Of a stretch of DNA of 64,000 nucleotides, positions 12,111 through 24,366 are shown in pieces; position 1 is the stretch's first letter, and every line of letters starts with the position of its first letter. A program made the translations under genes and the position numbers. Under the pieces are notes generated by a model. That model was given only the letters and a program-made list of their open reading frames with translations. It was not told the origin of the DNA and made no database searches. Source of the stretch: Callorhinchus milii (taxonomy: Eukaryota); contig NW_024704753.1 of assembly GCF_018977255.1 (NCBI RefSeq), positions 620,001-684,000 of the forward strand. Reading direction: 5' to 3'.

Positions 12111-13085
12111 ATTAATAGGCAAACAATCTACACAGACAGTGCTCTCAATGGCAAGCTATGTGGTTTTAGCTGGTTAGACTCCAGCATTTATCCCAATACA
12201 CAATGGGCTCCCCTGAAGCCTTGGCTGTTGCCAACCTGCACCTCTTTGTGAGCCAGATCCACAAGCAAAGGCTGACCCCAAGGCTGGTGGGAACAGGTAT
12301 CCACTACAGTAGTGACTGTAGATGAATGCAACAGGTAATTTGTGCACAGCAACATCCCACAAACAGCCACGTTATGAATTAGTGATCTTTATTTGGAGGA
12401 TTGTTGGCCAGGACCTCGCGAGAGAAGCTCCCTTCTCCTTTTCCAACAGCCGCGGGAGCTTTAATGCTGCCTGAACAGGCACAGACAGGAAGCTTCACTT
12501 AACATCTCAGCTGAAGGGTGTGATAGTACAGCACCGCCCCCCCCCCGAACTGTACTGTATCCAACACAGGACTTAAACCTCACAGCCTGAGGCCGGACTG
12601 CTACCCCCAGAGTCAGGCTGTCCTCATCGGCCTTCCCAACTCTTCCCTTCTCAAGCTGCAGATCATCCAAACTCTGCAGCTGGTGTACTCTCACGCACCA
12701 GGCTCTGTGACCCCATCACTCCCACCCTCGCCCGGCTCCACTGGCTCCCCATCCCCCAGCGGATCGAGTTCAAGATCCTCGTCCTCTCCTTTAAGGCCAT
12801 CCATGGCCTTGCCCCCTCCTACCTCTCTGACCTGCTGACTCCCTACCAACCTGCCCGCTCCCTCCGTTCATCGGGCTCCGGGCTGCTCCATGTCTCCCGG
12901 CCGACCCGCCCTACCATCGGTGGCTTTCAGCCTCTCTGCCCCCACACTCTGGAACTCCATCCCAGGGTCTCTTCGCCTCACTTCCTCCCTCGCCTCCTTC
13001 AAGGCTGGTCTCAAGACCCTCCTCTTCGACCGTGCCTTTGGTCTCCCTCCCATCTCTCTGCCTTTCCTCACCCCTACACCTGTAG

Positions 13086-13412
13086 GAGCCCTGTAGCTCA
13101 GTGGTTAGAGCACTCGCTTTGCAAGTGAGAGACCTGAGTTCAATTCCAGGCAGAGGGCGAAACCTTGGGCAAGTTTCCTTACTCCACACAGAGCCTAATA
13201 ATAGTCCCTCCAAAACCAAAAACAATAATAAATTGGTCATTTTCAATCTACGACTGTTTGTGGGACATTGCTGTGCGCAATTGGCTGCCGCGTTCGCCCA
13301 CAAATATACAGTCAATTCACTTTACAGTGTGTTCTGTGAAGCGCTTTGGGACCTCCTCCCGACGTGAAAAGCGCTATATCAAATGCAAGGATTATTATTA
13401 TTATTATTATTA
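13086..13412 (+). mobile_element. Full-length tRNA-derived SINE (Deu-like core, L2-type tail, (TTA)n), nested in an L2 3' end
   Basis: A box tagctcagtgg, B-box-like gagttcaattcc, tRNA-like stem-loop, core tgtgggacattgctgtgcgcaattggctgccgcg, tail gcgctttggga...gcgctatatcaaatgcaagg(att)n. Confidence 0.9.
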
Positions 13413-16400
13413 CACCACCCCTCCCCCATGCTCAGGCCCCGCAGCTGACTGTTCAGGGCTTTGGGACGTCCTCCCGACGTGAAAGGCGCTCTATAAATGT
13501 AATTTTGCTGTTGTCTGACACACAGGCACAGTCACAACACCTCACAGTAAATGCTGAGGAAGTACTTTGAGGTGTCCTCCAGATGTCCTGCTCGCTGTAG
13601 ACCACAGATCGCTTGTCCCCAGGGAGCTGTATAGGGTTGTCCTCACCACAGGCACTGCTCCATATACCAACCCAGCATGTTCACTGAACTCCAGCTTATG
13701 TGTGTGTGTGTGTGTTTGTTGCGTGTGAGAGGAGGAAGGGGTTCTGCCTGCACCAGATAATGACAGCAATAGAGAGATGTATATGGAGACGGAGAGGCAG
13801 AGATATGTGGTGCTGTATCTACAATGGGGGCAGGTCCCATTCCATGTGGTTATGAGGCTGAGCGTGAGGCTTGTGTGCAAGTCAGGACGGGTTGACGATG
13901 GAGCAGGGAAGTGGGGGGTGGAGAGTAACAGCCCTGAGGGAGTTGGTCATGTTTGTACCTGTTTGTTTTTCGACCAATAAATTGCGAAACAATGGGAAGC
14001 TTTAAGCTGTGTGCCAGAGGCTCCTGCCAGGCAGGAGGGACGACTATGAGATGGGGCGGCAGTAAATGCTGATTCTATTGAGGTTGTTTCTCACAGGGAC
14101 TGGTTATAATCATTAGGTTATATCCTTATCACACCTTCCGAGACGTCTCAAGGCGCTTCACAGGGTACTCTGTACAGTGACTGTGTGTTTTTGTTAGCCA
14201 GAGAGCTAAGGAAGGTGAGAGGATCTCACGGTTTTCAGTTGGGGATTTCCAGTGATTTGTCTGTCTGTCTCTCTCTCTCTCCTCCACCCAAAACCACCAG
14301 CAGATGTTCTGTTGCAAAACAACAGTTTCGTTTCTCTGATTTGATGTCACTGGCCTCAGTTCCTTTGGTTTTGTTTTCTGACAGGAAACTAGATGCTGCA
14401 CAGCTAATGGCCCTGGGCTTGGGGGGGCCTCACCGCCAGGGGGATATTGAGGGCAGAACAGAACTCAAGCAGTGTTGATATTAGTAACATTACATTCTGT
14501 TCCAAATTAATGATTATTGCTGCTCATTCACAGACTGTAAGCCTTCCAACAACACTTGTTCAGACACATGTGTGGGGGGGTGGGCGATGTCACAGAGCAC
14601 TTTACAGAGACGGGAGTGGGAGTCCGAGTGGGAAAGGGGAGGATGCGGGCGGGGTGGAGGTTGGCAAGGAGGGAGGGGAACGCAGGGCGAGGAGGGAGAT
14701 GAGGCACAGATGGATGTGTGCGAGTGAGCACTCTATCCTCTTAGTCAGATTGCGGGTGTAAGCCCCACATGGGGACTTTGTGCTCACGAACCAGGTCTGG
14801 GTTTCACATCGCATTCAAAGAGCAGCATCTCTGACAATGCAGTGCTCTCTCTCCCCACAATCTGTGCCGGGGGAGGAGAGGCAGAGAGAGAGAGCTGCTT
14901 TGTCAGAGATACTGCTCTTTGGATGCGATGTGAAACCCAGGCCCAATCTGTGCGCTGTACAGGTGGACGTTAAAGATCCTGTGGGTTATTGGGGAAGAGA
15001 AGGGAATTTCTCTCTCTCTCTCCCAGCGTTCTGCCCAACAATCACCCGATACAATTACTCAGTCACTTCATTGGCTGTTTGCAGGATATTGCTGTATGCA
15101 AATTGGCTGCCGACGTTGCCTACAAAATACAAAAGTGTATGTAACTGGGTGTGTCTGTGAGGTGTTAATCTAGAGTGAGTAAGTGTGTATGTGTCTAACT
15201 GAGCCAGTGTGTGTAGCTGCCTGTATCTGTGAGTGTCAGTGCGTATAAGGAGGCCATTCAGTCCCTCGAGCCTGTTCTGCCATTCTGATAGATCATGGCT
15301 GATCTGTACCTCAACTTCAACTATCCGCCCTTTTCCCCATATCCCTTGATACCCTGACCTAACAAACATCTGGCCACTTTAGTCTTGAAGACGTAAATGG
15401 ATCCGGCATCCTTAGCCTTTTGGGGGAGAAAGTTCCAAATTCCCTCTACTCTTTGGGTGAAAAACTACCTCCTGATTTTATTCCCAAATGGCCTATCTCT
15501 AGTTTTAAGATGATGCCCCCTTGTTCTGGATACCCCCGGCACCCGAGGAAATAGTTTCTCTGAAGCTACCTAATCAAATCCGTTTAAAAACGTCAACTAG
15601 GTGTTTCAGTGTGTATGTGTTTGTGTGTATGAGTTGATAATGTAGGTTGCGGCCAGTTATATTGCCACTTCCTGCAGAACTTAGTAAAGCCACAGAATGT
15701 CATAATCTTGAGCAGGTTCCTCTACAGTCTGGCTTCTAGTGAAAGTGTCTGAGCTGCTGCTGACAGTCTGGGTACCCTCACAGTATCCCGCTCTATCTCC
15801 CCATCGTGTCTGTGCTGGGGATCGCTCCCCCACTGGAGCTCTCTGAAGCGCTCCACTCTAACCCCATTCCCTGCTCTCTCTCTCCCCATCGTGTCTGTGT
15901 CAGACTCAGGGACGTGGGGGTGGGGGTGGAGGAGGTATGAAGCTGTGTGTGTAACTTCAGAGAGGTTTACAAAATGCTGGAGTTGTTCAGGCTATAATTA
16001 GGGAGTAGGTTGCCAGTGATGTTCTGACGCTAATTTGCTCAGGAGAACATAATGAATTAAATCCAAACGACAGCAAGTGAGGAGACTGAGTGCATTCCGG
16101 CTCGCAGTCCAGGCTAACGCAACGCTGGTGGAAGTGCGCTGTTATTGCAGGCCGGATCTCAGCGCGTGGCTTCCGTGTCAGAAACCGGACACGACAAATG
16201 GGCTGAAAGATTAACATTTATCACACGACTGAGACCATCGGTGACCGCGGGCAGAAAAGCGTCTCGTCCACACGCCAAGTACATGCAGCGTCTCAATCGC
16301 AAGCCAAACACATGCTATCAGGTAATTACTCCCCCCATCTGGAGGTTTCCCTTTCATGATCACATTCCCGTTCCCGTGGCTGTCTGGACGTGGCCTCCTC

Positions 16401-16507
16401 CTCCAGCCCGGAAAATCCCGGAGAGAATCAGCGGCTCCTAAACCCTCATCGGATTGTTGCTGTGTGGTCAGAGCGGGGGGGCGAGCCGGGCCGGGCTGAC
16501 GGAGGAC

Positions 16508-16575
16508 TCACATGTAGGCGGTGTCCGGGCTCTTCCCGGGATAGAGCTGGGGATTAGCCACAGGCTTCCCGGGTT
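16508..16575 (-). CDS. Shisa5-like paralog last coding exon
   Basis: ctcgttgcaacag acceptor; [22 protein letters not shown] in frame. Confidence 0.7.
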
Positions 16576-19500
16576 CTGTTGCAACGAGATAGAGAAGCAC
16601 AGCCGGGGGTTAGCGTTAGCCCCTGAACCACACCAACACCCACTGCGCACGTTGACACCACACGCGACGGCTCTCATGCAGCGCGACAATCAATCACACG
16701 TTTACATTCCCGTGTAATGGGGCCCGGTCCGGGGATGGGAGACCGGCTACTCACGTGTGAGGTTGTCCTGATCCTGGTACGGTGGTGGCTGTGGGTTAGC
16801 CTGGCTGGCGTAGGCCTGGGTGTAGGGCCCGGGGTGGGGATATTGGCCAGGGCTGAACTGTGCAGGGGGCAAGTATGTGGGCACAGGCTGGTAGATGTGG
16901 TTAGCCATGCCCCCGATCGGCACCTGTCCTTGGTATGGCACCATAGTGGTCACAACAGCTAAGAGACAGGAAAGAAGATCAGCACCAACCACTGCCCTGC
17001 CCCAACACCAACCATGCCCACTGCCCTGCCCACCCACTGCCCCCTCCCCCCAACACCAACCACGCCCGCTGCCCTGCCCCAACACCAACCACGCCCACTG
17101 CCCTGCCCCAACACCAACCATGCCCACTGCCCTGCCCACCCACTGCCCCCTGCCCCCAACACCAACCACGCCCACTGCCCTGCCCCAACACCAACCACGC
17201 CCACTGCCCTGCCCCAACACCAACCACGCCCACTGCCCTGCCCACCCACTGCCCCCTGCCCCCAACACCAACCACGCCCACTGCCCTGCCCCAACACCAA
17301 CTACGGCCACTTCCCCGCCCACCCACTGCCCCCTGCCCCCAACACCAACCACGCCCACTGCCCCACCCCACATTGTCCCACGCCCGCCACTAACCACACC
17401 CACTATCCTGCTCTCAACACTGCCCTCGCCCACCACCCCTCCCCCAAAACTCACCCTGCTGCAACACTGCTCCACCCCCCAGACTGCCCTGCCCACCCCC
17501 AAACACTGGCCCCGCCCATCACCCTGCCTCCAATCCCCCCCCCTCCCACCTGAGACTGAAGGGTGACTTACTGGTGGGAGGGGGGGGATCTTTGCAGACT
17601 GCATTGCAGCAACAACAGCAACAGGAAATGACTGCACCCACGGCCAAGGCCACCAGCAACACCAATCCCACCCATATCAGGACGGTGATTCTGGACACAG
17701 AGAGAGACAGAGATAGAGGGAGAGATCAGAGTCACGCAGAGGAGGGGGAAAGACAGAGTGAGCGAGGGATGGATGGAGGGACAGAGTAAGGGAGGGAGGG
17801 ATGGATGGAGGGATGGAGTAAGGGAGTAACAGAGGGAATGAGGGAGGGACAGAGTGAGCGAGTGACGGAGGGAGTGATTGAGGAAATGACGGAGCAAGTG
17901 ATGGAAGGAGGCAGTGACAGACAGATAGACAGACAGAGTGACGAGGTACTCACATGGGACTCCTCTCCTCGCAGTAAGCCCCAGACCAGCTAAAGCTGCA
18001 GAAGATATCTGCCAACACTGTCCATGTGGAAAGAGACAGATGAATGAGATGGACTGAAGTCAGCACACATTCCCCATCCAAACATCACAGCGTGTAGTGT
18101 AGTGACTGTGTGTCATCAGGCAGTGTGGAGGGGGGGTGGGCACAGACTGTCCTCCCCCATCCCCCTGCACCCTAAACTCTCTGTGGAAAATATTGCACTT
18201 CCTCTCCCCTCTCTGCTCACTGTCTGAACTAGTCCTGTGGCTCAGTGGTTAGAGCGCTTGCCTTGCAAGTGAGAGACCTGGGTTCAATTCCAGGCAGAGG
18301 GCGAAACCTTGGGCAAGTTTCCTTACTCCACACAGAGCCTAATAATAATCCCTCCAAAACCAAACAATAATAAATTGGTCATTTTCAATCAATTGGCTGC
18401 TGGTTTCGCCCACAAATATACAGTCAATTCACTTTACAGTCTATTCTGTGAAGCGCTTTGGACGTCGAGAAGACGTGAAGAGCACTATATCAAATGCAAG
18501 GGTTATTATTACTATAGTCATTGACTCACCAACCAGTGAGAAGCCTTCCTCCACACTGAATCCATTAAAGTACCCTCACCCACCACCATCTCCTCGTCCC
18601 CGACCCACGACCAGCCCCCTCCTCGTTTCCAGCCCGGATCCGAGTCAGACTTTCACAGCCATTTCTCCCCACCCACATCCTCACACAGTGCTCTCCCCCC
18701 CAACATATAAAGTGTGGGGCAAATCCCAACCAGCCCTTGGTGTTCCCCAGTGATCATTTCAAAATTCCCCACCAGTAAATTGCGCTTCCATAATAATAAT
18801 AATAATCTTTGCATTCGATACAGCACATTCTCACGATAAACTGTAAAGTGAATTCACTGTACATTTTGTGGGGGAAATATATTTTTTTGTATATTTTGTG
18901 GCCAAAATAATAATAATAATAAAGGTAATGGCGATTTTACAGTATAATCTGTGAAGTGCTTTGAGACGTCTTGAAGATGTGATATCCGTGATATCAAATG
19001 CAAGGATTAATGTTATTGTATGATTATTGCTTACAAACTATTTCCACTAGTGGGTGGGTCGGTCACCCGAGGACACCGATTCAAAATGGTTGTTAAAAGT
19101 AACAGAGTGGAGGTGAGGAGAATTCTTTTCACACAACAAAACAACAACAACAAAATTTATGGAGCGCCTTTCACGTCGGGAGGTCGTCCCCAAAGCGCTC
19201 TAAGGGAGAAGTAGATGGGTTTTTGGGGAGGACAGATTGCAGGGCTGTGGGGAGAGCGTGGGGGAATGGGATTCATTTCATCGAATCATACACCACAGAA
19301 AGAGGCTATTCGGCCCATCGTATCTCCCCCAACTCCGAAAAGAGCAATCCAACTCAATCCCACCGGCCCGCTTTCTCTCCATAGCCCTACAATCCTGTCC
19401 TCCCCAAAAAGCCATCTACTTCTCTCTTAAAAGTTGTTATTGAATCGGCTTCCACCACCCTTTCAGGTAATGCATTCCAGATCCCAACAGCTCGCTGGTG

Positions 19501-20281
19501 AAAACATTTTTCCTAACCTCCCCTCTGTTTCTATTAACAATTAACTTAAATCGGTGTCCTCGGGTTACCTTCCCACAGGTCAGTGGAAACAGTTTTTCCC
19601 GGTTCAACCTATCAAATCCTCTCATGATCTCGAAAACCTCTAGAAATCTGTGTTTAATGTGTTTATGGTAGCAATAATCCTCGCATTTGATACCGCGCCT
19701 CATCACGTCTTCGAGGCGGCTCAAAGCGCTTCACAGAATATATTGTAAAGTGAATTGACTGTATATCTTGTGAGCAAAACGTGGCAGCCAATTGCGCACA
19801 GCAGCGTCCCACAAACAGTCGTGTATTCCGTGACCAAATTATCATTATCATCATTTTTTAAAAAAAATTTAAGGGATGACTACCCCCGGAAAGTGATTCT
19901 ACAATCGACTGACAACTGGGTTCCTGCTCGGTTAACAGAGGTGTTTCTGGATAAAAGTGGGATAAAATTGCCCCTTTGAGTTCAGCCACCACCAGTGACT
20001 ATTCCTAACAAAATCCACCCCTCACCACTACACTCACCCATCTTCACTCTCCCCACCCCCACTCCCCCACCACACACACTCTCTCCCTCAAAAAACACCC
20101 CTCATTCCCTTCCCCTCCCTTTTCTCTCTGCTCCCCCCAAAAAAAATCCATCACTGTGTTGACCCTTTCAGTCTGTGCCAGGCAGACGCAACTCCTGTGA
20201 CTGACAAAAGTGCAGATAAGTTTCCAGCATGGACTCACCAGTGGGTAGGAGCACAGCCCCGAGAACCAGGCACCTCGCCAT
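16508..20281 (-). CDS. Shisa5-like type I membrane protein with minimal ectodomain, 165 aa; complement join(20239-20281,17954-18017,17572-17690,16755-16958,16508-16575)
   Basis: Five GT-AG exons splice in frame (498 nt): signal peptide [17 protein letters not shown], short ectodomain [49 protein letters not shown] cluster, VVTT plus Pro/Tyr/Gln tail with PPPY, ending TAYM*. The TM exon is 119 nt, phase 2 to 1, the same as in the neighbouring SHISA5. Confidence 0.8.
16755..16958 (-). CDS. Shisa5-like paralog exon 4 (proline-rich, PPPY)
   Basis: tctcttag acceptor; gtgagt donor; [10 protein letters not shown]...[12 protein letters not shown]. Confidence 0.85.
16988..17368 (+). repeat. Intronic minisatellite (cccactgccctgccccaacaccaaccacg)
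   Basis: Tandem 29-bp-based units inside the Shisa5-like paralog intron; explains the long spurious ORFs here. Confidence 0.9.
17572..17690 (-). CDS. Shisa5-like paralog exon 3 (TM plus Cys cluster)
   Basis: ctgtgtccag acceptor; gtaagt donor; 119 nt. Confidence 0.85.
17954..18017 (-). CDS. Shisa5-like paralog exon 2 (two-Cys ectodomain)
   Basis: tctctttccacatggacag acceptor; gtgagt donor; 64 nt, phase 1 to 2. Confidence 0.75.
18231..18515 (+). mobile_element. Same SINE family, internally deleted copy
   Basis: Same head and tail as 13086-13412. Confidence 0.88.
20239..20281 (-). CDS. Shisa5-like paralog exon 1 (signal peptide)
   Basis: gagATGG start context; donor gtgagt; phase 1. Confidence 0.7.
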
Positions 20282-20994
20282 CTCCTCACTCACAGCTCTG
20301 CAAACTCCAGACAAGAGTTGGTTAAGTTTTGTGCAGATCTCAGCCCTTCCCGTCAGTCAGCAAGTCAGCCTTGGTCCACAGCCTAACCCTGCTCTGGAGA
20401 CTGAGAGAGAGAGAGAGAGGGATGGGGGTGAATCCCAAGAAACAGTCAAGTAAGTGCAGAAAGAGAGAGAGAGGAGAGGGAGGAAGGAAGAGAAAGAGAT
20501 TGGCTTTACAGTCAGTTAGGTCCTTGGCTCAGACACACACACACACATACACACCACAGAACAATGTAAAGTCACAGAGAACACGCTGTATGTTTAGAGT
20601 CCCAGCACAGTGCCCTCCAATGCTTCCTGCTGAATATAACAGCCAATAAATCTTATCTGTTAGTGCTGTAATGGTCTGTGCTGCCACAAACCCAGAGCTG
20701 CGCTATCTCACTTAGAATTCAGGGGCGATGATGCACAGCTAATGGTTGAGTCGTCTCAAAGCCCTTCACAGGATTTTACTGTAAAGTACAGCAACTGTGT
20801 TTAACGGTCTAACATCTCATCCCAATAATGTAGTGTCAGCCTAGACTGTGTGAGTTCGAAGGGGTTAGACTGAGGAGAGCGAGGCGAGAGTGGGTTAGAG
20901 TTATAATAATAATCCTTGCATTTGATACAATGCCTTATCACATCTTCGAGACGTCTCAAAGCGCTTCACAGAATATACTGTAAAGCAACACCAC

Positions 20995-21700
20995 CCAAGG
21001 ATGCCCACTCCACCTCACTGAGCCAGTCCAGAACCTTGGCGACTTGTTTGACCCTCAACTATCCTTTCTACCCCACATCTGCCTTGACTCGCTCTGCCTT
21101 CCCTCACCTCCGCAACATCGCCCGGCTCTGCCACTGTCTCACACCGGAGACCCCCGAGACCCTCACACACGCATTCATAACATCCAGGCTTGACTACGCA
21201 AACTCCCTGCTTGTCGGCCTCCCCAACTCCTTGCTCCATAGGCTCCAGGTCATTCCGAACTCTGCAGCCCGTGTCCTCTCCTGCACCAGGCTCCGCGGCC
21301 CTATCACCCCCATCCTCGCCTGACTCCACTGGCTTCCCTTCACACAGAAGATACAGTTCTAAATCCTGGTCCTCACCTTCAAAGCCCTCCATGGCCTCGC
21401 CGCCCCCACCCCACCTGTGTGATCTCCTAATCCCCTACCAATCTTTCCGCTCCTTCCACTTTGCGGGCTCCGGCCTGCTTCATGTCCCCTGTCTCGCTCG
21501 CCCCACCATTGGGGGCGAGCCTTTGGGCACTCTGCCCCCACTCTTTGGCACTCCATCCCGCAGTACCTCCACCTCACCCCCTCCCTTACCTCCTCCAAAA
21601 CCCATCTCAAGACCCTCCTTCGGGTCTGAAACACTGACTGTCCAACAACTTGCGTCCTCCCAACATGAAAGGCACTTTACAAATATAATTTGTTTTTTGC
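20995..21700 (+). mobile_element. L2-clade LINE 3' fragment
   Basis: HLRNIARL...ETLTHAFITSRLDYANSLLVGLP...RLQ..NSAARV; further L2 ends at about 2095-2565, 12600-13515, 25885-26230 (-), 39290-39555 (-), 45195-45390 and 54490-54690. Confidence 0.88.
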
Positions 21701-24184
21701 TGTAAAGTGAATTGACTTTATATTTTGTGGGCGAAACATGACAGCCAATTGCTCACAGCAGCGTCCCACAAACAGCCGTGGATTGAGTCAGCAAATTTTT
21801 TTTGAGAGATTATTACGCCCGGAAAAGCCACCCAACAATCGACTAACAAGCGGGTTCCTAGTTACTGCTGATAGTGCGTGCGTGTGGAGTAACAAAACTT
21901 GCCTAAGGTTTTGTTTGTCCTGAGCAGGAAAGTTTGTGGCTGTCAGTGGCTATTGAGGTCGGGACAGCAGAAACCTTCGGAAGGTAAGTGGCCGAGTATG
22001 AGAAACCATTAAGGGTGTGTGTGCAGAAAGACAGAGAGACAGGGGGAGGCTGTGGAGGGAGATGGTGGGGTGGGAGGGTGGGTGGCCGGGGGGGGAGTTC
22101 TGTACAGAGAGAATTTCCATTATTCGATGGTTTCTCATACCTCTTCCATTTCCCTTTAGAATCACTGTGTTGACCCGACCTGAATAGCCACTGACAGCCA
22201 CAGGAGGGCAGGGGGAGCGAGGCGAGGGGGAGCGAGGTGTGGTGTCTACACGTATGTAGAGCACACAGGATGGGTCATGCAAATGTGTGCACATATTATG
22301 GTTTGTCCGGAAGCAACACCCCTTCACCCCTCTGCCCCCCGCCTCCCGTCACAGGGGGCTGGTCTGCCTGTCATGTCCTGTGACAGGATGCTAATGTTGT
22401 TTCTTTCTGTCACAGGATTGCTGTATTGAGATCTGTGTAAATCTATTTTCTGCCTGTAAATAAATATTATATATTTTGTTTGTAAAAATGTAATTAAAAG
22501 GCCGTGCGCGGGGAAGCAGGAGGGAGTTTATAAAAGGATTCAGAAACTCTTTAACAACTTTTGTTGAGTTTCTAATGGCCATCCTCCACCTACACCATAG
22601 TCAGGTCTGTAGTCCATCTTGGTCACAATCCACCATTCTCCGCAGGAGGGGCAGGATGTCCCTGGCTGTGCCAGGTATCTGCTGTGAGATTGCGTTACTT
22701 ACCTTACGATCCTATTTGATCCTGGTTCCCCTCTCCTTGCGCGGTCTTTGACCTTGCTTATGATCACCTTCTGCCTCCCCTCTGGCTCAGTATCAGGCTG
22801 TTAAGTGCTGTGAGACATTCTGAGGGAGTGAGGGATGGGGGTGAGGGGATGGGTTTGAGAGAGGGGTATATGAGGGAGAAGGAGGGGTCTATGGGGGTGA
22901 GTGAGGGGGGGTATGGGGTTGAGGGAGGGGGTATGGGGGTGAGGGAGGGGGTATGGGGGTGAGGGAGGGGGGTATGGGGGTGTAAGTGCGATGCGGAGGG
23001 AACGGACAAACATTCCTGAGTTTGAAAGAATGAACGAAGCTTTGACAAAAGGGTCTGCATTTATTTACTGGAGACGGGAATCGCTATGAGAGACAGAGCC
23101 ACAGCTTGGAGCACATCACACTCAGTTCCCCACCCCGTCCCACCCCCAAACCCCCCCCGGCAGCGAAGCTTCAAGCTACAGGGAAGGGCGAATAGGAGGT
23201 GCAGGTCTATACATAACCCTTGGGGAGGGGGAGGCTGAGTTAGACAGCATCAGTCTGTATGTTGCTCTCTCTCTCTGCATAGTTCCACAGGAAAGAACAC
23301 ATATCCAGCACCTTATAAAATGGCAACACAGGCAGGACGGCTGGCGGGGGGGGGGGCGGGGGGGGGGGCACAGTCTAAATGTGAATCAATCTGACTGTGG
23401 ATACTGTGAACAAGGCATATTGTAGTGTGTGAGAAAAAAAGACTGTGAGCGAGAGGCACTATGTGAGAGTGTATGTGAGAGAGGATGTCGTGTGCAGAGA
23501 ATGCCGGAGATTTGAGTATCAGATTGTAATCGAATGTGTGAGTGAGAGAGATGAGAGTGAGTGTGACAGAATAGGAGTGTGAGAGTGAATAGTGAAAAAG
23601 AGAATGTGTGCGAGACTGAGACAGCCACTGTGAGAGTGTGAGACAGTGTGTGAGCGAGATAGTGTGTTTGTGAAGGTGAGAATGTGTGAGTCAGAGAGAT
23701 GAGACAATGTGAGTGTACATCAGAGAGTGTGTGTATGAGAGTGAATGTGAGAGAAAAAGAGAGAGAGAGAGATTTTCCACTGACCAGGAGTGAAGGAGAG
23801 TGAGTGAGCGAAGGAGGGAGGCGGTGAGGCATTAACCTTCACAGAAGGGGAAAAACTCTCGATCGGAAACCTCCGAAACACCCGGTGAAAGTCAAGACAT
23901 TAAAAGTACAAAATTTTCTCTCCCCACAAAAGTGCTGGAGCTCCCGGTAACCGGGAAGGGGATCAGGAACAGCCTCGCCCCGTCCTGTTCGCAGTTCCTC
24001 AAACACAGCAGCACTCTCCCCGCAGGGAACTCCCTCAATCACCCACAGACACAGGAAAACATCCTATAAAAAAAATCCCGTAAAAACCATCCGGTAAAAA
24101 GGAATTGAAAGTTCCCTGCCGGATCGTCAGAGGCTGGACCGTTTACAGGCGTCTCTCGGGACAGCACGGGAGGCTGGACAGCAA

Positions 24185-24366
24185 CTACTGCGATGGTGGT
24201 GCGTAGGCAGGATTGTACGCTGGTTGAACCCCGGGGTTGTAGACAGCCGGAGCAGATGGATTATATGGAGCTGGAGCAGAGGGGCTGTAGGAAGCGGGGG
24301 CAGCTGGGTTGTAGACAGGAGCACTGTAGGGAGGGTTTGCCCCGGGGTACGGAGCATTGGAGCCGA
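24185..24366 (-). CDS. SHISA5: SHISA5 last coding exon
   Basis: ttcctcctcacag acceptor; ends [10 protein letters not shown]; candidate AATAAA on the minus strand at 23060-23065. Confidence 0.9.

Noticed and set aside
12145-12163. 19-nt match tcaatggcaagctatgtgg shared with 56272-56290
   Set aside because: Too short to interpret; probably an old repeat fragment.
13088-13160. tRNA-Ala(TGC)-like gene
   Set aside because: It is the head of a multi-copy SINE, continues directly into the SINE body, and has an imperfect T arm.
22703-22797. Minus-strand exon-like segment with a strong gtaagt donor between the two Shisa genes
   Set aside because: No recognisable peptide and its phase does not fit the paralog's exon 2; it may be a UTR exon but is unsupported.
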